This document shows, one piece after another, positions 25,166-37,899 of a stretch of DNA of 64,000 nucleotides. Location: assembly GCF_902713615.1 (NCBI RefSeq), contig NC_052160.1, positions 107,238,708-107,302,707 of the forward strand, in the 5' to 3' direction. The notes under the pieces are model-generated. The model was not told where the DNA came from. It did not search any database and was given only the letters and a program-made list of their open reading frames with translations. The stretch's first letter is position 1. Every line of letters starts with the position of its first letter. Position numbers and translations under genes: made by a program. This stretch comes from Scyliorhinus canicula. Taxonomy: Eukaryota.

Positions 25166-26003
25166 GAGGAAGGAGGGGGGACGGAGGAAGGAAGGGGGGG
25201 GAGGAGGAAGAAGGGGGGGAGGAGGAAGGAAGGGGGGGAGGAGGAGAGAGGGGGGGGTGTGTGGGTACCGGCCTTCAGAGGGAGGGGGACGGGGTGTGGG
25301 TACCGGCGTTGAGGGGGGGGGGGTTGCGGCGATGAGGGGGGGTTGCGGCGTTGAGGGTGGGGGGTTGCGACGTTGCGAGAGATGGGGGCGGCGTTGGAGG
25401 GGGGTAGGGGTGGTGGGGAGGGGGGTAGGGGCGTTGGAGGGAGGTAGGGATGGTGAGGGGGGTGGGGGTTGGGGTAGGGGGCAGCGGCGTACAGAGGGGG
25501 GGCGACGGTGCGTTGGCCCAGGGCATCCGTAGCCCCCCCTCTCTGCCCGCCGCTGCCCCCAAACCCCCCCCCGATGCCCCCCCATGCCCCCCCGATGCCG
25601 CAACCCCCCCATGCCGCAACCCAACCCCCCCCCATGCCACAACCCAACCCCCCCCCGATGCCGCAACCCAACCCCCCCTCCCATGCCGCAACCCAACCCC
25701 CACCCCCGACACTGAACGGCGTCAACCATCATCAATGGTTGACGCCGTTTTAAAGCAACTTTGATTTGCGCCGACGTGACCCGTGGCCACGTCGGCGGGA
25801 CTTCGGCCCATCCGGGCCGGAGATTTGAGGTAAGTGAAAAAAAATTGAAATCCCGCCGGCGCCAGCTGTTTTCAGAGGCTGCCGGCAGGATTTGCACAAC
25901 GCCGGTTTTTGGCCGGTGGGAGATTTCAAAACCCTGCGGGAGCGGAAATAACGCCGCTGCCCGCCGATTCTCCGACCCTGCGTGGGGTCGGAGAATCCCG
26001 CCC
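25166..26003. mobile_element. Right part of a GC-rich Harbinger-like element with a CATGCCGCAACCC minisatellite and a noisy inverted copy
   Basis: Ends gattctccgaccc..gggtcggagaatcccgccc at 26003; perfect 15-bp-stem hairpin at 25715-25749; no left TIR found. Confidence 0.65.
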
Positions 26004-26509
26004 CTGATTTGTAAATTTGTTAAATTGTAAAATAATTCACGCCCGGCAGGGCTTCCGCCTGACAGGAGTGGAGCATCACGGAAGGTGGAGCATACTGTGT
26101 CCAATCCTCCAATCACATTTAAATGCATGCAAATGTCAGTTTTGCATGCCGGCGTGGGGCACAAACTTTGTTATTGCCACCAGCAAGAGGAGCCCGAATC
26201 AGCGGCAGGCATGACCTCTATTTTGGCCGGACGCCTGATTCCCCTCCTCACCGTGGTTCGCTTTTACGGCGTTGCAAGGTGAAGAATTTCACCCTGCATC
26301 TTTCTGGTTAAGAAATATGACTGATACATTTTGGAAACAGTCGAGTCATTATTATTAGTTATACTACCACAGTTATTAATTCAATCTTACTTCGGCTTGA
26401 ATTCATAAGTTTACATTTTTTTTGCGCGAACATTGTAATCTTGGAAGATATTTCTACCCATTTCATTGTAGAGTGAGGCTGGGCCTTGACTCCTGATTGA
26501 CTTTGCTTC

Positions 26510-26710
26510 TTCTTTTTTGTTCCAATTAAGGGGCAATAAGCGTGACCAATCCACCTACCCTGCACAACTTTGAGTTGTGGGGGTGATACCCACGCAGACA
26601 CGGGGAGAATGGGCAAACTCCAGATGGACAGTGACCCAGGGCCAGGATTGAACCCGGGTTTTCGGCATCATGAGGCAGCAGTGCTAACCACTGCGACACC
26701 ATGCCGCCCG
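26510..26710 (-). mobile_element. V-SINE, A/T-rich-tailed subfamily
   Basis: V-domain on the minus strand with ccaattaaggggcaat end. Confidence 0.85.
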
Positions 26711-26827
26711 ATATTGTTACTTCTTAGGATTGGCATGAATAATGGTGAACAATGCAGTTGAATTGTACCTGCAGCTTGAAAATTCAAACAGCTGTTGCGC
26801 TGGTTTAGTAAAAAGAATCGACACATT

Positions 26828-26961
26828 GGGCGGGATTTTTCGGGCCACGCAGTCATGCCCGGTCTGCGACTAAAAATTTGCGCCCAAGGTCAACGGATCT
26901 TTACATGTTGCCCGTCCCGTCCATGGCGATCTTACGGCGGGCGTGGTCAAAAATCCAGCCC
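26828..26961. mobile_element. Harbinger-like MITE (134 bp)
   Basis: TIR gggcgggattttt / aaaaatccagccc; ATT TSD at 26825-26827 and 26962-26964. Confidence 0.8.
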
Positions 26962-26969
26962 ATTATAAA

Positions 26970-27245
26970 CATAGTACATAGTACATAGAACATACAGTGC
27001 AGAAGGAGGCCATTCGGCCCATCGAGTCTGCACCAATCCACTTAAGCCCCCACTTCCACCCTATCCCTATAACCCAATAACCCATCCTGACCGTTTTTTG
27101 TCACTAATGACAATTTATCATGGCCAATCCACCTAACCTGCACATTTTTGGACTGTGGGAGGAAACCAGAGCACTCGGAGGAAACCCACGCATACACGGG
27201 GAGAACGTGCAGACGCCGCACAGACAGTGACCCAGCGGGGAATCG
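26970..27245 (-). mobile_element. HE1/V-SINE, CR1-type tail, 5'-truncated
   Basis: catagaacatacagtgcagaaggaggcc tail plus V-domain. Confidence 0.88.
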
Positions 27246-27940
27246 ATATCTGTACTCTTATCTCTATTCTTTATCATTTTAAATACTATTTTAAATAATT
27301 TCCCAACTGAAAGTAAGCCAAACTCTCCGGGACGGGATGTGCCATTTCACTATTTTCCTATTAGAAAATCAGTGCAAGTCCTTTCTAGTGCTTGGCATGC
27401 AGTACAGCAAATGACGTTCAAGCTTGTTCATTTTATTACATTAAAATATTCCTTTGCACATATCATGACCTCCATAGAGATCAATAATTTTTATAAAGAA
27501 GTATGAATTTCCCAGTGACTTGCGCAAAGGATCAAATGTCAAGATTTCACATTTTAAGATTTTTACTGCAACCAATAAACTAAGATCAACATCGACTAAA
27601 CATCACTTAGTGAGCAACTACTACACGCAGCTATTCCCAGTCAGCTTCTTAACACAACTGAAAACCTCCCGCTGTGTTAATGCATTTTACCACCACCTCC
27701 ATAGACACGTAGTTAAAGTCCAAAGCTCGTCTGAACTACTTTGGAGCTCCGAGGAATAGTGTCATGCTGAGGTCAAAAACTTGGCTGGAATTTTCCAATT
27801 CCTGCTGCCAGCAGGGTTATCTGACCTGCCAAAGACATTGGACATTTGGATGGTTCACCACATCTGCTGCGAGGGAGTTCGCCACGGGGGGGGGCGGGAA
27901 TTTTTGGTCAGGTACGAATAGCAAGTTCACCATAGACAAT

Positions 27941-28840
27941 GGGCGCAATTCACCGGAAAAATTTCTAAGTCCGGTTTTGGATTTGTTTCATAGGGTGTTT
28001 CTTGGCGGCTGCAGTGCTGAGATTGACACCACTATTCAATGGTACGTAGCCGTTTTTGTCAATCTCGGTGAGTTTCACCCCATCGAGGCCACACTTAGAA
28101 ATATTTCCTGCACTGGGGAGCTGAGCTCGCCAGCCGGAGCGGCTCCTCACAGATCGGGGCGCCATTTTAAAATGCTGTCCCGATATGCCACCTTGCGCAC
28201 CCCCCCCCCCCCCTTTCAGGATCCCCTGCTTTCAGGACCTCCCATCAACCCCCAACCTTTCTGTGCCGCCCTCAAAAGCCCCCTCATTCCCAATTAATGG
28301 GCATGGCTCCTCTGGCCCTGACCCTTGATATTATCATCCTCGCACCTGTGCATGTTGGCATCACCAGCCCTGCACCCTGATAGTGCCAGCCTGGCACCCT
28401 GATAGTGCCACCTGGGTTGGCATTGCTTGGGTTCCCAGGTGGCACTTCCACAGTGCCAGACTTGCAGTGCCAAAGTGCCCAGGTGCCAGGGAGAGTGCCA
28501 TATTACTACACCGCCCTGTCGCTGATGGCCTGCGAGATCCCCTGAGGTGCCATCGTGATTATGGAAACCAGTGCTAAACAGCGTCCGATTGAGACTTCGC
28601 AGGCGCAGCCATTGACTCCTGGCTGCCAGATGAATATGGCGTCCAGATATTTAAATGCACCTAATGGCTCATTTAATCAGAATTAAATAGATCATGCCCA
28701 GAGTGGGTGATCCAGATTGTGCTGGGCAGCGTGAGTCAGGTGACTTGCACCCAGAACGGAGGTTGATTTGAGGCTCACCCCCGATTAATCTGTCGAACCC
28801 AGCATGGAACTGGGCTAGGCGCGGTGGGAAAATTGCGGCC
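27941..28840. mobile_element. Harbinger-like MITE family C (900 bp)
   Basis: TIR gggcgcaatt / aattgcggcc; AAT TSD at 27938-27940 and 28841-28843. Confidence 0.8.
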
Positions 28841-29205
28841 AATGCCTTTGAGGATGTAGCTGTCACCTGTTTGGCTTTCATGACGCAGCTAATGGAGCTA
28901 CCACTGACTCAAGAAGTCAAACGTGCTAGGGTTGCGAAATGCTGGTATGTTTCCAAATTCGGTGTTCTGTCTTACCGGGAGATGCCCAGTATTAGTCTGA
29001 GGCAGCAAAGGTAGAAGCTATTCCGCTGACTTTCATGACTTGCATAAGTTATCCACGTCTCGCTACTGTTGGCATTGAGAACACAAGCCTGGTACACCGA
29101 AACCTTTGTACTTTCAGTTAGTTTGCTGTTGGTCCACACTCAGCTTCTCAACTTTGACATGACAGCTATGGCTTTAACAATCCGGGTGCTGATTTCGGCA
29201 TCAAT

Positions 29206-29554
29206 ATAGAACATAGAATTTACAGTGTAGAAGGAGGCCATTCGGCCCATCGAGTCTGCACCGGCTCTTGGAAAGAGCACCCTACACAAGGTCTACACCT
29301 CCACCCTATCTCCATAACCCAGAAACCCCACCCAACACTAAGGGCAATTTTGGACACTAAGGGCAATTTATCATGGCCAATCCACCTAACCTGCACATCT
29401 TTGGACTGTGGGAAGAAACCGGAGCACCCGGAGGAAACCCACGCACACACGGGGAGGATGTGCAGACTCCGCACAGACAGTGACCCAAGCCGGAATTGAA
29501 CCTGGGATCCTAGAGCTGTAAAATTGAGCTATCCACAATGCTACCGTGCTGCCC
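29206..29554 (-). mobile_element. Full-length HE1/V-SINE, CR1-type tail
   Basis: Complete head, V-domain and tail in reverse complement. Confidence 0.92.
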
Positions 29555-29574
29555 ATGCTCAAGGAACATGTTTC

Positions 29575-30000
29575 TGGTAATTGGTGATCCAAGGTGTGCA
29601 AAGCTGTGGATGACCTCCGGAGTAAGGTTACTAATGCTGATTAGTACTAATTACTAATCAGCGTCTTCCTGACGCTGATTGTCAGTCCAGAATTCTTGAC
29701 AATCCAGAAAATCCGATCCACAAGCTGTTGCAAGTGAACTTCATCAGTAAACAGCAACTCACAAACTAGCACATTGCACACTTTGGTCCTGGCTTGCAGT
29801 CTTGCCAAGTTGAGCAGTTTGCCGTCGGCTCTGGCATGAAGGTAGGCGCCTTATTTTGGTTTGCCAAAAGTATACAATAGCAGCATGGATGAAAAATATA
29901 TCAAAGAGTATTGGCGCCAGGACGCAGCCCTGCTTTACCCCACTGCTGATCATGAAGGCCTCAAATGATGCTGCATTGGAGCTGTTCTGTCCATGTTCTG
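29575..30000 (-). mobile_element. RTE-clade LINE RT fragment
   Basis: Minus-strand ISSGVKQGCVLAPILFDIFF and, frameshifted, DGKLLNLARLQARTKV. Confidence 0.75.
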
Positions 30001-30593
30001 ACCTATAACTGAACTGTTAAGGTGATCTTCAGTAAATTAAATTAGTTCAGCTGCATTTTGTTGCTTTTAGTTACAGAAACACAAGCGATTGCAAAAGAGT
30101 CAAAGCCCTTTATTATTTTCATTGTGATATAACCTTGCAAAAGAAGAATTTACTGATAGATACATGTGTAAGACATCTTCAGCAAAGTAGTGAGACAAGA
30201 TGCTGCGCTGTATAGATATTACAGTTCGAGACATAGATTAAAAATTCTCTCACATCAGCAAAAATGAAATGTATACAGTATTTCATTAGGGAGTCCTCAA
30301 AATGAGGGAAGAGGATTTGGGTTTCCTTACATAACCTGGGTATTCTAAAATGTCTCTAATCACGAATATTCGTCAGTATTTATTGGCTATGTAATAGCGT
30401 ATATGTACTTTACATTTATCAAAATATTATGCAATTTGTTGCAATCTGGTTAAGGTTAACTTGCACACCTGTTCCGAGTATTGCATATCTGGCAATGCAC
30501 TTTGCGTTTCCATTGCTATCAATTGGCTATTTTCACGGTGGATTATTTTACCGAGATTAATTCCACATGGCACTGTTCTTGTTTCTCTTGCAG

Positions 30594-30665
30594 AAGGCTG
30601 TCTGGAAATCACCTAGCACAGATCCCTATGAATGCTTTTGCTGGCCTCTACAATCTGAAAGTCCT
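30594..30665 (+). CDS. LGR6: LGR6-like internal coding exon (ortholog of exon 3), one LRR unit: (L)RLSGNHLAQIPMNAFAGLYNLKV(L)
   Basis: Pyrimidine tract + CAG at 30591-30593, GTAAGT donor at 30666, exactly 72 nt, phase 2-2. Peptide resembles human LGR6 [24 protein letters not shown] (recalled) more than LGR5 RLAGNALTYIPKGAF. Confidence 0.9.
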
Positions 30666-30870
30666 GTAAGTATTAATAGTTCAGACTGCACCAAAGTATG
30701 TTTAATGTCAAGAATACAAATATTCACATTATCTCCGGAAATCTTCAGCCAGGTTCAACCTTGAGGTGTTGAACAGAGGACAGAATTTAGTATCCATTGG
30801 TCAGAGGGCCATGCTAATCTTTGCCTTAGCATATTCCTATATCACATTAAACCGTCTGAAAATGCTTTGT

Positions 30871-31398
30871 ACATAGAACAAAGAAAATTACAGCACAGGA
30901 ACAGGCCCTTCGGCCCACCCAGCCTGCGCCGATCCAGATCCTTTATCTAAACCTGTTGCCTATTTTCCAAGGCTCTACTTCTCTCTGTTCCCTGCCCGTT
31001 CATATATCTGTCCAGATGCATCTTAAATGATGCTATCGTGCCTGCCTCTACCATCTCCGCTGGCAAAGCGTTCCAGGCACCCACCACCCTCTGCGTAAAA
31101 AACTTTCCACGCACATCTCCCTTAAACTTTCCCCCTCTCACCTTGAAATTGTGACCCCTTGTAATTGACACCCCACTCTTGGAAAAAGCTTGTTGCTATC
31201 CACCCTGTCCATACCTCTCATAATGTTGTAGACCTCAATCAGGTCCCCCCTCAACCTCCGTCTTTCCAACGAAAACAATCCTGATCTACTCAACCTTTCT
31301 TCATAGCTAGCACCCTCCATTCCAGGCAACATCCTGGTGAACCTCCTCTGCACCCTCTCTAAAGCATCCACATCCTTCTGGTAATGGGGCGACTAGAA
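30871..31398 (-). mobile_element. Young CR1 LINE 3' fragment
   Basis: ALERVQRRFTRMLPGM and TRGHNFKVRGGKFKGDVRGKFFTQRVV; tail ttctttgttctatg. Confidence 0.92.
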
Positions 31399-31489
31399 CA
31401 TAGCGTTCATTTTGAATTGCACTTGCTATGTTTAATATGTGCAGAGCTAATAGTTTTTTATATTATTCAGAAAGAGAATCAAATAAAGT

Positions 31490-31597
31490 ACCAGCCTGTA
31501 CCAGCCTCTCTGGACACGCGCCGGAATGTGGCGACTAGGGGCTTTTCACAGTAACTTCATTGAAGCCTACTCGTGACAAGAAGCGATTTTCATTTCA
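31490..31597 (+). mobile_element. 5'-truncated short tRNA-SINE (13801 family)
   Basis: Same tail sequence as the 13801 copy. Confidence 0.8.
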
Positions 31598-32227
31598 AGT
31601 GTGCTTGTGCTATGATCTATAAGTTAACCTTGTTGCATCAAAACTTTTATTACAGGCGTTATTACAGGAAAATCCCGTTTGTGTGAAATGGGTCGGGGCC
31701 GAGTTCATTCCTTAAAAAAAGGATTTGCCTTAAAACCTAGTATTGTGTAGTTCACCCTTAGAATTATAATAAAATTATCAGAGAACAGCAATATGGTCAA
31801 CAAAAAGATGAATTTATTTCACAGTGTAGGACCATACACTCAAACAAAGAGGAATCAGCAAATGATTGAATAAAATAATTTCTGCGAGAGAACCCTTCAA
31901 CATAATCGATTGAAAAAATAAATCAAAATAACACTCACTTTCATTCTGTAAAACTGGCAATTCTGGTAAATTGGTATTATGTAAATTTGGGATCTACCTG
32001 TATATTTTAATCAACCTTCACCTTGGTCACAGCTGAAACTCCTTGTTGGACATAATTCGTAAAATTAGTCCTTCTAGGACCTATTAATGTTGATCATCAA
32101 ATGTTTTAAGCCACTTAAATAACTTTGCAGACAAATAATTATATTACAACTAATAGTTGACTCTACATTTCTTGGGAATACATGGCTTCTGGCAAGACTT
32201 TGGATAGATTTTCCGGTCCCCCAACAA

Positions 32228-32525
32228 TCGCGGGATACTCCGTCGGCGGGATCCTCCGCTTTACTGGCAGCGCACCCACGCCTGCGGGTTTCCCAATGGC
32301 CAGAATGGAAAACCCCATTGGTGGGCTACGGGAACGGAGAAGGCCGTTCGCGCCGGTCGGCGGAGCGCAACCACTCCGGCGCAGGCCTAGCCGCTCAATG
32401 TGAGGGCTTGGCCCCAAAACGTGCGGAGAATTCCGCACCTTTGGGGAGGCCCGACGCCAGACTGGTTGACGCCACACCAATACGCCGGGACCCCCCGCCC
32501 CGCCGAGTAGGGGAGAATCCCGGTC
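32228..32525. mobile_element. Chimeric MITE: family A head fused to family B tail
   Basis: 32228-32340 resembles 17020-17105; 32341-32525 resembles 17692-17877 and ends in ggagaatcccggtc. Confidence 0.7.
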
Positions 32526-32776
32526 CATATTCTAATGTTCCAGCACCATTTGTATTTTCCTTAATTCTTTAACCAAATATTTGAATAGGATTACGAAACT
32601 AAAAATTTGGCACTTTAAATTTGACATGCAATATTTACACCTGGGTCTTTCATTTTGACTTCAGTGCCATGTTCACCACTTAAAATTAATCTCTGTTAAG
32701 TACCAGTTAAGTACCAGAGACTGAACAGAATCAAATTTCTTTACTAAGGCCTGTAAATCCGACTCTGCAGATCCTT

Positions 32777-32901
32777 GGGTGGAATTTACCAGGCCCTTCT
32801 TCTGGCACAATTTTCCGCCCTGCCTAAGTCAATGTAGTTTTGAATGGTTCGCCGCATTTTACAGCCCTGCCCCTGTCACGATGGGCTGTAAAACCCCGCT
32901 C
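32777..32901. mobile_element. Older short Harbinger-like MITE
   Basis: Termini gggtggaatttacc / gtaaaaccccgctc; flanks ctt / cat. Confidence 0.55.
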
Positions 32902-33015
32902 CATTATTTTCTGTGCTGTCATTTCTTAAGTTTATTCCCCCAGTTTTCTCAATCCAAGTACTAAACAATGATGAGGTATGATTCCAAAGATGCCAGCAGC
33001 ACAGAGAAGCATCAG

Positions 33016-33648
33016 GGGGGCGATTCTCCAAAATGGAGATTAAGTGTTCGCGCCGTCGTGAATGCCGTCGCGTTTCACGACGGTGCAAAACGGGCACGGG
33101 GACATCCGATTCACGCCGGATTCCAGCCTCCCTTCCCGGCGCTAAATGGGCACTGTGCCAACCCACGCATGCGCAGTTGGGCCGCGCCAACCTATGCATG
33201 CGCGGGGGACTTCTTCAACGCTTCGGCCCCGGCACAACATGGCGCAGGGGTTCTGGGGCCGGAAACGGAAGAAAGTAGGCCCGGGGGGGGGGGGGTTTGC
33301 CGATCGGTGAGCCCCAATCGTGGGCAAGACCCCATCGGAAGCCCCCCCCCCCCCCGTGAAGGATCGCTTTTCCCCGCCCCACAGACTGCCCCCTGACCCT
33401 TAACGCAGAGTTCCCGCCAGCAGCGACCAGGGGTAAACGGCGCTGGCGGGACTCTGCCGTTTCCGCTCGGCCCGTCCGGGCCGGAGAATCGGTGGCCTGG
33501 CCTCGTGGAGTGGCCTACGACCGGCGCCGCACAAAACGCGCTGGCACAAATGGCGCTGATTCTCCACACCTCGGAGAATCGGGCGCTGCCGTCGGGGTGC
33601 GGTTGTGGCGATTCTCCAGCCCGGCGCGGGACTCGGAGAATCGTGCCC
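33016..33648. mobile_element. GC-rich Harbinger-like MITE family D
   Basis: TIR gggggcgattctcc / ggagaatcgtgccc; repeated GATTCTCC / GGAGAATC motifs; flanks (cag / aat) do not match. Confidence 0.7.
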
Positions 33649-33694
33649 AATATCTACAGATGTGAGCCTGGAATATCGATAGATTGTCACCCAT

Positions 33695-34500
33695 TACGGT
33701 TATGACCGATCATCCAACTCAATAGCCTGATCTCGCCTTCCCCCATATCCTTTGATCCCCTTTGTCCCCATTGCTATTTCTAACTGCTTCTGGAAAACAA
33801 TTGTTTGGCTTCAACTGCTTTCTGTGGTGATGAATTCCACAGGCCGACCAGTCTTTAGGTGAAGGAATTTCTCCGCACCTCAGTTCTAAATGGTCCACCC
33901 CATATCCTCAGACTGTCACCCCTGGTTCTGGACACTGCAAGCATTGGGAACATCCTCCCTGCATCTACCCTGTCTAGTACTGTTAGAATTTTATAGGTTG
34001 CAATGAGGTTCCCCAATCATTCTTCTCAACTCCAACAAATACAATGTTAACCGATTCAATTTCTCCTCACACATCAATCTTGCTATCCCAGGAATAAGTC
34101 TGGTAAATCTTTGCTGCACTCCCTCTATAGCAAGAACATCCTTCCTCAGATGAGGAGACCAAAACTGCACACAATATTCCAGGTGTGGCCTCACCGAGGA
34201 CCTGTATAATTGCTGCAAGACATCCCTGCTCCTGAACTCAAATCCTCTCGCTATGATAGCCAATATACCATTTGCCTTCTTTAGAGCCTTCTGCACCTGC
34301 ATGGTTACCTCCAGCAATAGGTGTATAAGGACACCCAGGTCTCATTTCACATTCCCCCCTCCTAATTTATGGCCATTCAGAAAATAATCTGCCTTCCCAT
34401 TTTAGCTACCAAAGTGGATAACCACACATTTATCCAAATTATACTGCATCTGCCATTCATTTGCCCAGTCACCCAAATCATACTGAAGGATCTCCGCATT
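33695..34500 (-). mobile_element. CR1 LINE 3' fragment
   Basis: [48 protein letters not shown]. Confidence 0.9.
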
Positions 34501-34787
34501 CTCCTCCCAGATGGGGAGCTTCTGTCACATCCCAGGGACATGGTCATCAATATCTTTGGATCGGCATCCTGCACTTGGAAGGGCATCTTAGTTTTGCCTA
34601 TCACATTCCAATGTCAAAGTGGACTGTAGCCACTTAGCCAGCCATCTCGTCCTGTCCTGAAGGAAAAGGGCATATGTTGTTGTCATCAGTTACACACAGC
34701 AAAATTGTAGTGTTACAAAGGTAATTGATTTCCGCTACTCAACCAGAATCAAGAACTTGCATTGAATTTTTTTACAGTCAAGAGGAG

Positions 34788-35052
34788 GCAGGGGGCATAG
34801 TGGTTAGCACTGCTGCCTCACAGCTCCAGGGACCCCGATTCGATTCCTGCCTTGGATGAATATCTGTGTGGAGTTTGCATGTTCACCCCATCCAGCTTCC
34901 GCCCACAGTCCAAAGGTTAGGTGGGCTGACTATGATCAGTGTGCAGGATTACTGGTATAGGGTGGGGGAATGGGCCGAGGTGGATTGCTTTTCGGTGGGT
35001 CGGGGCAGACTTAGTGGTCCGAATGACCTATTTCTGCACTGTAGGGATTCAA
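34788..35052 (+). mobile_element. Diverged HE1/V-SINE
   Basis: Head gtggttagcactgctgcctcacag; tail ttctgcactgtagggattc. Confidence 0.8.
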
Positions 35053-37555
35053 TGGATGCATCCATGGAGTTAAATATTTCCCCAAATAGTGTATTGGTCC
35101 ATGATCTCGACATCATTCCGCTTTCTTCTGAGTTTCACTCAGGCAGGTTTGATGGCAAAGGGAAACCCCCATGCAGTGGTTAGGTAAGGCATTTAAGTCT
35201 TCAAATATGTCATGAAGTTCTTTTTTAACCGAGGATCCTGCTTTGCAGTCAGCAGACCTATTTCCTAAGCTGTCAACAAGGTTTGAGCACAATGTAAACA
35301 ACCCCTTCGGTGAAACTGACATGTACAGAAATTTTCTGAAAATTGAACTGAAGAGCGTCAGTCATGGCCAGGTGAAAGACTGCTGCCGTAGCATTCCTTG
35401 TCAGAGAGTGTTTTCAGTGCTCGCGAGGTGATTGCAAAAGTCTTGGAAGTAATTTCACCTATCTTGCAGCTCACCCACCTTCAACCTCACTTCCCTTTCG
35501 ACACAGCAAAGTATCACTGCTTTGTGCCTCTGATGAAGAACAGCAACACCAAAAACAGCAGCAGGAGCAATATCAGCAGCGGCACCTGTAGCCTTCCCCT
35601 AAGCCACATTCAGCTCCACAGGACAAAAGGGATTGAGACAGAGATGCAGCTGCATTTTTGGTTGGAGAGGTTGTCCTCTTCCTCCCACCCTCACTTCAGC
35701 ACTTCAGATCCCACATGAGGACTTCCAGATAAGAGTGCGAGCTTTCTCAGGTCTCCTCTCTATTCTTACGGTTGGTGTAACCTCCAAGGTCCACGTGCAG
35801 GTGAGCCATTGTAATCAGTGGTCCCTTTAATTAGAGTTTTTTCATTTACCAATCCAGCGTATCGCCTTGCCCACCCTCCCTGATCAGCTGGGGCACCTGA
35901 AAGCAGGATGTGAATGCCGTGGCTCAACTGAGGATCTCCACTGGGCCCCGACTCACTATTGGTCCTGCAATCAGTTTAAAATTCTGCCCTATGTTTTAAA
36001 ACTTCCTGGACCCCATGTACAGGCATCAACAACACTCGTGTCAGTTCTTCAAACAGTTCGGTTGAGGTCCCAAAAGAAAGTCATGTGTGGAATTTCTGGA
36101 GTCGCCCACGGACAATGGAAGGATGAGTGCAATATTAGATTCTACCTCAAATCCTGACCTCAAGCAGGCAAAGCTTCCCTCGTTCCAAACGCAGTGTTGA
36201 ACAGCGAACCCCTCAAAAGAACACAGGCTCATTTTCCTCATCCTCCGGGATTCATATGTTCTCTCAATATTAGGGACGTAAGATTCCTTGTGTTCATTAA
36301 AAACTATTGAAAATGTGCATCTATTCCCTTTATCTTCATTGTGATGAGCAAATTTCAGGTAATCCAAGAGGCTCCTCATTTTGTTTTGCAACTTAAATTC
36401 CTATTTTATGAGTCTCTATTGCCTGAATCAATATCAGAAAAAGGCCAGCCTCATGCTTCAGTAGTATTTTAATAGGAAATGCCAATAATGTCGTTGGAGT
36501 CAGGCCATCAGCTAGAAATTAATTCGACATTCCTCATATCGACGACATCTACAATTGTTTTAAAAGTACCTTTGATGTTCGGCAAAATTGATAGGATGTT
36601 GGCAGCCTTGAAGCAATGGCTTTTATATTCTTTGTTAAGTTAAAAGCTGGGCCTGGTTTCAAGTAGATTTTGAAATGTTGGTCTATTATCAAATCATTGC
36701 ACAAATATAGTTCCACTGAAGCAATCTGGGATATATATTCAAATTGATATCGAGGGACAATGTAAGCATTTTTGTTTGTTGAAGGATTTATTTGTTTGCA
36801 TGGTTTTGAATTTATCCAGGGTGCACTTTTTAATGGGTGATTTTTGAGGGGCAGGGGGCCAATTTTAACCTTTCCCATCTGACAGGAATTGATAGTGTCA
36901 GGCCAGCCATCCATTTTATACCCTGCCTGAATTTACTCGTCATTCACATCTTTTCACTTCGATTCAGTCCACAAACTTGCGAAACAAAACGGAAGCTCAA
37001 ATAGTTTTAACTTTCTGCTAATTGAAATGCTACCAGCCAACTTTCCACCTTTCTCAGGCAGGAAGTTTGAATGAAATGGCAGTATCTTGTGTGACCTAAG
37101 GGTTACCCACTGTGGCCAGGAAGTGGTGGGGACAACTAACAGGCCCCATAGTGGAAGAGTGATGGCAGCAGAGCAGGCTCAAGCCGCTCTGGAGGCAAGT
37201 AAAAGAGAAATTCAAACTTTCCTTTTTTGGGTCTCTTTGTCTCTCACTCCACTCCGTCGTTGGGTTGGCTTGGTGGGAAGCGCACTGCTGCTTCTGGCTC
37301 AAACCACCTGATGGAAATTGCAGTTGGGTCTCAATGACATCATCAGGACTCCAGATGCATATGTTTGAAAAGTCCTGCCGTGCTTTGAGCCAAGTGTCCT
37401 TGATGCCTCCCGAATACGAACTATACGGCAGGTCAACTCACTGTTTCTACAGCACAAGTAAGCGACTGGGATGTTTTTAACTGCCCACACTACTTATTGC
37501 TGTTAGAGGGTAGTTATGGCTCTACCTGACTATGTTATTGAATTTGGAACCCTTT

Positions 37556-37731
37556 GCGCGGGATTTACCGATCAACCCGCCACCTGTTTTCGGTGGCGGA
37601 GGCAGACATTTACCGACCCCGCCGTGGTCGACGGGATTTCCCGGTGACTGCTCCACTTGTGGCCAGGAATCCGATGCGCTGGCGTGGCACCGGAATATCT
37701 AGCCGGTGTGAACAGCTGGTAGATAGCGGCC
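37556..37731. mobile_element. Short Harbinger-like MITE
   Basis: Termini gcgcgggatttacc / ggtagatagcggcc; similar to 9970-10164; no clean TSD. Confidence 0.55.
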
Positions 37732-37899
37732 AATATTAGTGACCTCAAAAGTTACCTGCAAAGAAAATGACCTCCTGCACACATCCACAGCATTGGAGTT
37801 CACAGTGTTGGAACATAGCCAGATCTCTACTGCAGCATCATAATCATGATAATATTTTACAATGATAGACACTTTTGGATTGCGGCCACCTTCAGGAAA

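Noticed and set aside
25042-26164. Long Pro/Gly-rich ORFs (227-362 aa)
   Set aside because: Products of G/C low-complexity minisatellite and palindrome lacking stop codons.
1-30590. LGR6 exon 2 (DLSMNN..) upstream and exon 5 (RLDAN..) after 49946
   Set aside because: No matching exon found by eye; they probably lie outside the window.
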